Below, piece after piece: positions 12,401 to 24,400 of a stretch of DNA of 64,000 nucleotides (positions are counted from its first letter, which is position 1; every line of letters starts with the position of its first letter). A model generated the notes under the pieces. That model was not told the origin of the DNA, ran no database searches, and saw only the letters and a list, made by a program, of their open reading frames with translations. The stretch comes from Lingula anatina (taxonomy: Eukaryota; Animalia; Brachiopoda), in the NCBI GenBank assembly GCA_051362555.1, contig CM120649.1, positions 9,362,001 through 9,426,000 of the forward strand, read 5' to 3'. Made by a program: the position numbers and the translations under genes.

Positions 12401-15400
12401 TCGATGGCATTTGGTCTGCAGACCTAAAATTAAAGAAAAGTTAAAATTTTTCCTACTTACAAACTTGTAATTTCTGGAACCAGACACCACAATCCAAAAG
12501 AATTTTTAGGTTTTGACTTAATTGACACTTTTATCAGGAAAAATTGCATAATAGTGTTTGGGAAGGACATTTTTATCTTTGATTTATCGTTTTCACAATA
12601 TTGACTACTTTTTAAAATAAAGGCTAAAGTAAAAAAAATATAGGTCACACATTTGGTTGAGTGCATTCTATGAAAATATCCTTGATTAGGAGGCCCTAAC
12701 TTTTTTTTTTTCAAATTACTAATTAGTATCCTCACACACATATACAGAGGAATAAACATATCGGAAACAGGCCTCCTTACTTCTTCATTAAAGTTAAACA
12801 TTTCCTTTTTTTCAAATTTTTATTCTCACACACACACATATATATACACTATAGTGATAGGAATAAACATATCAAAAACGGGCCTCCTTACTTTTTTAAC
12901 TTCTTTTTCATATTATCATATTCACATAGGAGGAATAATCATCAAAAACGGGCCTAAACTTCTTTTTCATATTATCATACTCACGTAGGAGGAATAAACA
13001 TATCAGAAACGGGACCCGTCATTTTTTAACGTTTTTTTTTTTTTTTTTTTTTTTTTTTTTCAATTTTCATACTCACATATAGAGGAATAATCATATCAAA
13101 AACGGGCCTATTACCTTTTTTTTTTTTTTTACTTTCTTTCACATTTTCAAACGAAGTGTCAAGTGTCCTTCCAAAACGTAAAATAAAAATGCCACGGAAT
13201 GAACATACCTATATCGTCGACGAACTGTCAGTTTCATCTGGAGTCGCAACTTCAGAAATTTGTTTCTTCCTTTTCTCAGACTTGTCAGGCGGAGAGACGG
13301 ATTCATCTGAGGGGGGATTAACAGGAGTCTGACCTGATTTTTCACCGCTTGCCGTAGACTTTGGCATAAAGCTTAAAATCGATGTCTGTTTTTTAACTTT
13401 TGCTTTCGGCGAGGAAGCCGCCATTTTAACCACGCTTCATCAGGCTGAATATCACTGTCACGCCGTCTATCATTGGTTGACTATCCCGCGAAATGAGAGA
13501 ACCGCTCAATCGCTCAACTAACTTTAGTGCAGCGGAGTCACACGAGGATTGCCGATTGGACTGTAGTAATGAAGAGGTACTTTTGATATTACGACAACAA
13601 ATGACGACACTGCTTGAAACGATCTCTTACGAGGGTACATCGGAAACATCGTCGCGTTAGCTACACTGTGTTAACAAGTCAATGCAGCGGACGATGCGAA
13701 GAAATTTATACCGGTGATGATTATTTAGATAAACAATTTTAGACGCCACTCTCAATGTGTCTTTTATCATCTCAAGAACAATGATAGCACCCTCACTCGG
13801 TTTGTATGCGAGAATTTTCGCATCTTTGGTAATTTTTGTGCGAGAATTTTATTTTTTTGGCGAGAATCTCGCAGAATCGCGGCCTCGGCAGAACCCTGCA
13901 GCCGTCTGTAAGTGGGAGAAAGTGACTTTTTTTGTTTTGTAGTAACAAATGGTTGTCACATTTGTGCTCAGCATCAAATTTTGTCTGTTATGCCTCTTAC
14001 GGAAAAATTTTAAGATTTATCCTTCCCTAACAATATGTCCTAGTTAATTTGTGCTCTGTATGCAACCTAAAAAAGCGTAATATATCGAAGCACAGCCGTA
14101 ATTAGCCGAGCCGAGATATAATTTGCTTTTGAATGTTGCACACAATGGATGACAAGTAGTTGTAACTTACTTATACCACGGCTGGCGATTCGAACAATAG
14201 GATGAATTCACCGAAGCGTATGAAAATACAGGCAAGTCTGTATTCAAAATACAAGTGCAATTGTTTAATTGTTTGAGTGCCAGCCATGGTATAAGGGGCA
14301 TTGCGGGAATATGTACTAGTAATTGCTACCATCTAGTTAAAATTATGTGTCCCCAGAGAAAGAAAAAAAAAAAGCACCAAAACCTACAGTAATGTACCAT
14401 GAATTTCGCACAGAAGAAATTAATTAAAACTAGGAAAAAATTGTACGATCATTGTGCACTACATCTAGCTTTCCAAATGTTTCAAATATTTAAACATGAA
14501 AAAACAAGATTTGCTGAACACTGAGCCACACATCCTTGCTGAACAGTTTCTCATTTGTTTTTTATTCAACACCCCCCCCCCCCCCCCACACACACACACA
14601 CACGACTACTGCGTACCACTCCAAACATGATTACCAAATTAAGACACAATACATCAACACAAAATCAAGAAACAGTATCTACCTTCTCTGCGCTTTGGGG
14701 TAAGGGATAATTGAACCGCACATATGTGGTGACGGGCTCTATGGGGTTAACAAAGATGCAGGTCAATTCAGATAAAGCTGGCATTGGCATAAAAATAATA
14801 GGAGCACAGCCATCCACTTTTTGTTTTCAGCTGGCAGACAAATTTTTCTAGAAGAAATATATCTGGAAACCAGTTCTAAGTGGCTTTTTCCACCAGGTGC
14901 AAAATGCAGTGGATCTGAAAAACAAAACAATGAAAATATTATTTTACAAATATATCCTTGCTTATCGATTTCTGAAAACTATAAAATTTACCCAGATGAA
15001 AGGCTTTATCATTAGCATAGTCCTATCTAGTAATGTTAAGATTCATATTTTTTTCAAGCTAATTACTGTATTACAAAAATCACTTTGATAGGAATACTAA
15101 ACAAATTAATAGTTTTTGAAGAGAAAATCACTGCATCATATAATAAGCCAAATTTAGGTTTTTCCTCAAGAGAACTACTAGTAATTAACCATGTAAAGAA
15201 TGACAAATCTAAGGCAAAGGCATTGTACTGTATCTCATTTACCTCCAAGCCATTACTAGTATACTTAGGAAATACATGACCCTACTAAGGCAAGCACATC
15301 TTGGGGAATCTAGACACCAGTCACTTGGTTATTAGAGGGTTTTCCTTTCCCAGTCTGTAGTAGGTGCTGGCACTCACTGGATTGATTCTGTTCCGTCCCT

Positions 15401-18400
15401 AGTCAAAGTCTGTGAGCAGGACATCTTGTTAAATTCAGTACCTCATTCTCGAAAAATTTTCAACATTTAAAATTTCATTCTTTTCTTGCTTATATCGCAA
15501 ACAATCTCTCCCTGAGATATGAAAATTGCCTTCTCATCTCACTCGGAGCTGGAACGATCTCCCGCTGACGTTTTTACATTTTGGACAGCAATCGATATTA
15601 TTGAAAGCATTACAACTGACAAATAGCTAGTGCATGTGACTCCTATTTACCCCTTGAAAACACACCTTGTGCAAACCTTGTGTATATGAGCCAGGTGAAA
15701 ATAATGGCACAAAAGACAAATGGCCGGCTTTCCCACAATTGAAAAAGGGAATCCAACATCTACACCATCTATTTTGTAAGTAGCCGCTCGCAGTGGCGCA
15801 GTATTGTTCTTTCCATCCATTGAGAGTGTGATCGTCAATGATGCCTTGTTCATTGTCTTGAGTCAGCTGACGCATTACCTTTAAGTTTGAGCTGGAAAAG
15901 ATGGACTTTTACTAGTTACATATTTTAAAATCCATTTACCTGTTGATTAAGGATAATTAAAATATGGTGTTAAATTTGCTGTTAAGCATGATTTATTGTT
16001 GCATAAAAATTGACAAAAATCCTATTTTGTGCATCATTTTTATGTACAGACACAGATGTGTCTGTACATATTGCCATCACCTGCGTCTGTCGTCGCCGAT
16101 CATGTCGCCGTCGCCGTCGCCGTGCACTTTCAGTGTTAACACCATAAGTGGAAGACAATTTTACTTTTTGGCTTTATATTTACAGAGCTGACTAATATTC
16201 ATAAAACGCAGGTCAAGTTCGAAAATCGGCATGATCGGGCCATTATTGTAGAATTTATGCTGTTTTTTCACTTTTTAGCATATATGCAACACTGTTAACA
16301 CATTTCAAGGAAAACCGATAGGCCTGTTGTCATGAAACTCACAGGAGTGATCAATCTTACTAAAACGCAGATCAAGTTCAAAAATTGGCATGATCAGGCC
16401 ACTATTTTAGTAGTTATGCTGTTTTTTCACTTTTCAGCATATATGCAACACTGTTAACACATTTCAAGGAAAACCGATAGACCTGTTGTCATGAAACTCA
16501 CAGGAGTAATCAATCTTGCTAAAACGCAGGTCAAGTTCAAAAATCAGCATAATCGGGCCATTATTTTATAAGTTATGCTGTTTTTTCACATTTCCTCAGA
16601 TTCAATTCTTAGGCATGTTAACAGTCTCATTATTTAACCATAAAGATTCGTAAAAGTGTTTGTTTGACATTTCCTGCATCTTTACAACATTGTTAGTTGA
16701 TTAATGTAAAAATGATGGTAAACTTGTTATCATGTATTGTGAAATAAAGTTTCAAAAATGGAAATAAACTCGTATCATTGCAGTTTGTCATATTCAATCA
16801 TTCACTATGTTCATAATCTCAGAATGGAAGAAATTGGACATTTAACACTGCTCTATTGATATTTTTCCCATCTCATCAATTTTCTTAGTTGATCATATAA
16901 AAATGGCAGTAAACTGTTAATTTTGTTTTATGTTAAAAATTGTTAAAAATGAAAAAAAAAAACATTTCAAAACAGTGCTGTCTTGTTTACATTTTGGCAT
17001 TTTCAAGTTGTGACTTTGAAGTTCCATGGGCCTGAAGACCTTTGCTTGTCATATTTTCTGAATATCCATGATACTAATATGATATTGTTAAAAATTAATG
17101 GTCATTGTGCTGTTAAAAGTTATGTAATATTGCATCAAAATTTGAAAAAAAAAAAACTATTTTGGGCACTGCTCCCATGATGACCATTTAAGAAAAACTA
17201 TGTCACTTACTGTTCTCAAACTTACAGGAAAGAAACATGGGACTAAAATATAGCTTCAGTAGGCAATGCAATCTGCCAGTTAAAAAGTTTTTTTTTTTGT
17301 GAAAATTTAATTTTTCACATACTGGCATTTTCAAGGTGTGACTTTGAAGTTCCACAGGCTTGAAGACCCATGCTAGTCACATTTTCTGAAAATCCATGAT
17401 ACATATATTTTATTATTAAAAATTGATTGTCATTATGCTGTTAACCATTATGTAATATTGCATCAGAATAGAAGAAAACACAATTTTGGGTGCTGCTGCC
17501 ATGATGACCATTATGGGAAAACCATGTTACTTATGATTGCCAAACTTTCAAAAAAGAAATACAGGACTAAAATGCAGCCTGAGTTGGAAAAGCAGTTCTA
17601 ATTGACTTCTGTTTCTGGAAGTTTTACATCTTCACAGTGTGAACTTGAACTCACATGGGCCTGAAGCCTTATGCTTGTTACACATTTTACTTACATTGGT
17701 ATTACCTGTTGAGCATAATTAAAATTTGATGTTGAATTTGCAGTTTAACATAATGTACTTTTGCATCAGAATTGACAGTAGCCTATTTTGTTATTTCCTG
17801 CTTTTTGTCTGTACATTTGACAGCTTTGCTGCCTTGTTTAAATTTATTTTTGTTTTTTGTCAGTACATTTGCCATCTCAGCTGGCTTGTTGACTTCTTTG
17901 CTCTAGGAAAATTCAGTTTGGCAAGATAACCTCGAACATGACATAATGTTAAACCTGCCACCCCAGTTATGGGGTGCTTTCAAGTGATTTCTTTTCCTCC
18001 AGAGCTTCTCTTCCATAGTAGGACCCAATGGAAGTGGCAAGTCCAATGTGATAGACTCCATGCTTTTTGTCTTTGGTTATCGTGCCAACAAGATCCGCTC
18101 CAAGAAGATTAGCATTCTTATTCACAGTAGTGAGAACCACCCCAACATCAACAGCTGCTGCGTAGCTGTGCACTTTCAGAAGATTACAGATACAGGGGTA
18201 GGTCAGCATGAAACACTGACATTGTACCAGTTACTATCACAATTACTGTCACACCAGCAGAGGCAGTGTCTGGTATATACATGGGTAAATTATCATGAAA
18301 CCATCAGGGGCGGATCCAGAGATATTTTCTGACAGTCTTCCATATTATATTTGTTGATCCATCCTCCATTTTTGACCGTCTTCCGACAAAAAAAAATGTC

Positions 18401-21400
18401 AATGGAAACCGTCAATGGAAACCGTCAACCCGTCAATGGAAACTTGAAAATCTGACCGTCTTCCGGAAGACCCAGAAGACGGCCTAAATCCGCCCCTGAC
18501 CATGGCATTGTACCAGTTCTAATATCACACTAGCAGAGGCAGTGTCTGTCTGGTGACAATTAGCCACATTGTTCTGATAATGATTGTACAGTACAAGGCT
18601 GTTGAACTGTTTTAATGCTTATTTAAATTTTAATTGATTCCAGGACTGTCTTAGAAACAGTGATTAATGACATGGTTTGACCTTTCTCTCAGGAAGATGA
18701 TAAATTGTTTTATGTTCTATTTGTCACAGCTGGGAGATGATGACTATGAAGTTGTCCCTAACTCCAACTTCGTGGTGTCAAGAACAGCGTTCCGTGACAA
18801 CAGCTCCTACTACCAGGTGGATGGGAAGAAAAAGACATACAAAGAGGTGGCGACACTTTTGAGAGGAAGTGGCATTGATTTGGACCACAACAGGTTTCTT
18901 ATTCTACAGGTAAGGTAAATGTACTGTATATATCTGATTTGAAGAGTGTGTGTATTGTAATTTACTGTATCTTTCTGACTCCCAGGGTCAGTAGTGCAAT
19001 TTGCTGCATATTTTTGACTACCAAGGTGTGTGTAATGTAATTAACTGTAAATTTCCAGGGTGTAGGGCTTAATTTTTCTAAAACACCAAATACCACTGTT
19101 GCACTTCGAGAGTTTATTATCAGGCACACAATCAGATGCAATTAACAATGAGTAACAAACTGTGACAATGAGTTACACAATCGAAGTTTTACAGGCCAGA
19201 AGGGCCTGGAAGAATTCTCTACTCGCTTTCGCCTAAGCACAAACTCCGTCCCTGATATAAACTCTCTAATCTACGGTTCTAACGAAAAGTATGAAAAAAA
19301 AAAAAAAAAACGGGCGGGAGGGAGGGATCACAAAAGTCTAATACTGCTTCGCTATACTCATGCTTAACCTCCCGCCGCTGCTTCGCAAATGCCGTTTAAA
19401 CCTGGTGCTGTGATCACTAACCACCACTGCGCATGTCGGCCCGCGTATCGGTACAGAGATTGTGGCGCCACCTGCCCAATGCCCGGATGTATTAAACTAA
19501 GCTTAACTCCCGAACTGCACACGCGCCGTAGTATTTGTGTTTTACGCCATTTCAATTGAAATTAACATAAAACACCAAATACCACTGTTGCACTTCGAGA
19601 GTTTATTATCAGGCACACAATCAGATGCAATTAACAATGAGTAACAAACTGTGACAATGAGTTACACAATCGAAGTTTTACAGGCCAGAAGGGCCTGGAA
19701 GAATTCTCCAATCCAATAGTAGGGTTAGGAAGAATAAATAACATGAAATTAAATAACTAAATAAATAAATATTAATAAATAAACCAAATTAATAATTAAA
19801 ACTAAATAAATAAATAAAATGAAATAAATAAATAATAATACAACTTAAAATCAATTGAATTCATTAAATAATACGTAAATCAAACACATATGTAAACACA
19901 CAAAGGCCTTGTTGCGTTCTATTGCTCATTTCTAGGCAGTTTTGATACAATTTTTTCCAGGAAAAACAGCTTAGTGGGCACAGATGTCTCTAAGTAAAGT
20001 TTGTAGGCGTCAGAGCGCCAGTCACCCATCATTTGAATTATTTCCGCCGGCACTCCGCACGAGAAAGCCCACGACGCGCCACCCCGACGGAAACTGTGTC
20101 CGGAGAAATCCTGGGCCGTCCGACCCAGGCGCGACAGTACTTGGTGCAGTTTGTTCACAAAAGCAGGCTGCGTAAGCGTAAAGTTTTGTCCATATATCCA
20201 ACAAGAGAATAGTGGGCTATCGCTGGGAATGTCCTTAGCATTTAGGAGTACCCTGGTCATGGCCGTAACCGGGCATAGTGGACTGCCCTTAACATACGGT
20301 AGAGGGATCTGCAATTGTCTCTCGCGAAATTGAATGGTTTTGGTGCCTCTGACCAGCAACAACAATCCTACATTTGTAAACGACACGTCCCGTTTTTTAA
20401 AATGGTGCCCAACACTGGTCCTGTGCAGTGGTAAAAGATTGGCTTTCCGGAAAAAACCAAAAAACGCTACTAAGCACGCAGCCCAAAATAACATATCAAA
20501 CGCACAATGAGCTTTTAATTGTCTGTACATATCCAACAGGATCTCCGGCGTTATAGGCAGTTTCCGTCGAGTCGCCATTCCTTTGTCGCGTTGGATGCCG
20601 CGAAGCAATGTTTTTAGTGCCCAGTTATTTTGCAGCGGGTTTTCCAACCCCATCTCTAGGTGAATAATCCTGATAACAGCGAGGTATTTGGGAATGGAAC
20701 TTGCTTGTACCCTCTCAGCTAAATGCGCCACATAGCGACATATTGTCAAGTTGTCCACCGGGAAGGCCACGTACGACATAAAAGTGCAAAATTGGAAGTA
20801 GGATCTCAAAAAGGAAGTGTATGTCTTTTTAGTGCTGTCGGCGTAGCATAGTGTTCTATAGTGTTGAATCTTTTGATCTAGGCGCTTTTCACACTCGCTC
20901 TGACCACCTGTCAACAAACAAGCGTAACGCATTAAATGACATATGAAATTTTAGAAAAACCTCTATATCCTCATCGTACTTGGGAACAGGGATTCCACCA
21001 CTTATAATGCTGAACCAGTAAAGAAAATGTCCTTTTTTGTCCATTCTAGATATTGAGTCGGCCCAGGTGTTCCTCTCTCCTGGTATATGTATGCACTCCA
21101 GCATGAAGTTGTGAATCACCGATAGCCAAAATACTAGTCGCAGTTGCGCCATAATAATAGGATCTCGTGTTGCTCCTTTGTTTATTGCTGCCTTTGTTGT
21201 CGTGTTGTCCGTGTAGATAACAACGTGTTTGTTTTCCCACGTAGGCGCCCATCTGTGAATCGCTGCAATAACACCCAACGTTTCCTTTTTATTGATGTGG
21301 AAGTCCTGAGCGTACGGGGCGTCTATCCTCCAATTAACGTAAGCCCAGTCGTTTCCGCTCACCATGCCAGCTCCTTTGTCAGAAGCATCTGTGAACACGT

Positions 21401-24400
21401 GTGTAATTGGTCTCTCTGGTACAATTAATTGCTTGCAGTTGAAGACTTGTAAACATTGCTGCCACCAATTAATATCGACGCGAAAAGCATCGTCCAGCTT
21501 TGCTTTGTGTTTTGCCTTCTTTAGTGGTCTTAACGTATCCAATATCCGTTGAAGATAAGCTCTACCCCCACGGATTATTGCGCAAGCCCACGCTAATTTG
21601 CCAGTTAATTGCTGCAGTTTAAAGACGCTCGTCTTTTGCTTTGAAAAGAGTCTAGCATAACTAACATTTTTTCCACTTTATCTTCTGGTAAAGCCATAGA
21701 AATGTCTCTTGTATTAAGAAGGATGCAGAGGAAAAACTAATTCTGTTGTGGGACCCTCCACCTTGTCCCAGGCAATACTAAACCCCAGTTTTCGTAACAG
21801 TTTAATTAGAGTGTTCATTGCCTTAATGCATTGATCTCTAGTCCGCTCTAGTATCAAAAAATCATCCAAATATACAACTATTTTGAATCCTCTTTTTTCC
21901 ATCATGCGCCTTATAGATTGAGAAAGCCTATGAAATATCCCAGGTGATTTTTTCGACCCAAACGGTAGTGCAGTGTCAAATAAATAAGTATAATTTCTGC
22001 TGCCCTCGAATTTCCACTTTAAACCCGTAAATTTGTACTGTGATGGATGTAGGGGTACGCTGCGATATGCCGATTTCAGATCCACCTTCGCCAAAAAGTA
22101 TTCAGGCCCAATTAGTTTTGTCGCATCCTTGATACTTTGGTACTGTACTTTCTCCAAGCTAGTAACATAGTCATTAACCGAACTGCCTTGAGGCTGACTG
22201 CAGTCGTGTATAAGTCTTACTTTCCCGTTAGCTTTCCGTACCACATTTAACGAACTTACAATGTCTGGTTTGGTGTCCGAAATTATATACCTCCTTTCGT
22301 CTATTTCAGCTCTTATTTGTTGTTCAACTTCTATTTTGAAGATTGCAGTCATTTTTGAGTTATTAATTTCAGTTATTTTGTCCACTTTCTCCGCATCCAC
22401 AATTTTGAAACCGTTTTTTATTCCGTCTAAAAGAAACTGTTCGTCTTCGTCTCCCTTGAGTTCTGCCTCCCATTCCTCATATCGCAGTGGTTGGCTAGTG
22501 ATCACCGTATTTAGTTTCCCTGTCCGTTACTTTTGGCTGGTTGTTGTCCATCTTGCCCGGCGTGTTGAGACAGAGGATGCGGCTTCCTACAGTTAGGAGC
22601 TAGGCAGACATGTTCGTAGCGGCAGGCTCGGCCGTAAGGGCACTGTCCTCTGTTTAATAAACTGCACACGGTGCCTTTCTGAAAATTGTCCTTCCTAACG
22701 ATCCCGCTAGATGGTATCTTCGGTCGAAGGTGGATAGCGTATAGGTGGGGGCTATCGCTGCCCCAGCGAAATTTGTGGGCCGCCTGCAAGTCCCTGTACG
22801 CCTTGTCAAAAAGAATTACTGAAACCCACTGATAGGTCTCCGCCAGCTGGCCAATTTTCACTGTATGAGATAGATAGTCAAAAAGGCCACTTTGATTCAA
22901 TTCGCCTGTCGTGAGTAGCTTCGTAAGTATGCGTACGTTCGCCGTGGCCCATTGGATCTGCGAGACGCTCTCCAGCTTCATCTTCTTGGGTCCACTCTTA
23001 ATCACAACCTGGGTGCCGTCCCCGTTCCCAAGTACTTGTTCTACTACATCTGTACAAGAAGTTATAATGAGAAGGAGTAGAAACAAGGGGTTTCCTTTCA
23101 TCCTATCCTCGTAACGGGCTTAATCCTAATAATTACCCAGCTTGTGGTCTTAGGGAGAGCTTTTGCCTAATACATATTCAAAAGACCGTTCACGTGGGTT
23201 GCTTCAGCCAATTGGGATAAAGCCTCGCGAAGTCTCTAATAATCTCATAGAGAAAACATGGTGGGATTACAGAAAGGTGTAGAGAGAGATTTCAAGCCTG
23301 GACGCAACCATTTTGGGAAATAAAACTCAAATCATGCGAGATACACCTTCATTTGATCTAGAGCCGATCAGTTATACAAAAATTAGTTTCACATCAAGAA
23401 TGTATGAGAACAATTTCACAAACCCACCTTCAACGCTAAAATTTGCACCTGTAGAAGTCTCACATTTATTTTAAATTCTTTTTGTCGTGTAAAGGCGTGT
23501 AAAGGAAATTTACCTTCATCTAGGAATGACACATTCAATTCAGAGCCGTGTACACAAAACAGTAGTACTTGCAATTTCCGTATGCCAGCCTCGTTTCTTT
23601 CTTTTTTGGCACATTATTGCTTATATACCAGGTAGAGCTTAAACAGGAAAATTGGGGAAATGAAAATAAGTTATTGCACTTAATATGAATCTAAATAAAA
23701 TTTCATTCATACATATTTTTGTTTATATCTTTGTCTATTACATGAGGCCAACTAATAGTAGACTGATAGTTTAAATTCATTAGAAGAAAAAATCATAGAA
23801 ATATTTTTATTGATTGATATTGCTTTATTTCAACATTCGAGCAACTTGTATAATATCTAAAACAAAGTACCAGCAATGAAAATATGTCAATATTGTTACA
23901 CCCAACAGTGATTAAAGCAATACAAAAATGGTTAGTTTTTATTTTGATGTGGTGATTATTTTATTTTATACTTTAGACAATTAGCCAGTGAACACTAAAT
24001 TCCCTTTTAAAACTTGGACCACTAAATTCCCTTTTAAAACTTGCACCTCTTGTGCACTATAGTTTAATATTAGTGGCGGTAAGAAAACAGAGCCTTGTGC
24101 CTCATCAAGTTGCTGCTGGAAACAATCATTTTGGCTGTTCAATTATGGCTACATGTACAGCTGCCAGCAAAACTAAAGATCTTTCACCTGCATTCTCTTC
24201 AACCTGAAATGAGTAAGTGCGGAATTCATTACAAAATATAACTCTATATCCTAAACGAAACTCTGCAAACATCATATTGCAATAAAAAATTGAAAAAAAT
24301 TCCGAGGGTTCCCTGGCATCAAATTTTGGACCCACCATTTTGAAAAAGTCCCATGAAAAGTTGTTTATTTGAAACGATGTTTTTCATCTAAAGGATTGAT

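Noticed and set aside
19364-19555. Duplicated 63-aa ORF (also 25968-26159)
   Set aside because: It lies inside repeat A, starts at TTG and has no recognisable domain; the duplication is explained by the split direct repeats.
19919-20932. Phage integrase, prophage or bacterial contamination
   Set aside because: The YR is linked to RT/RNase H, gag and split direct repeats inside a spliceosomal intron, which makes it a DIRS-order retroelement.
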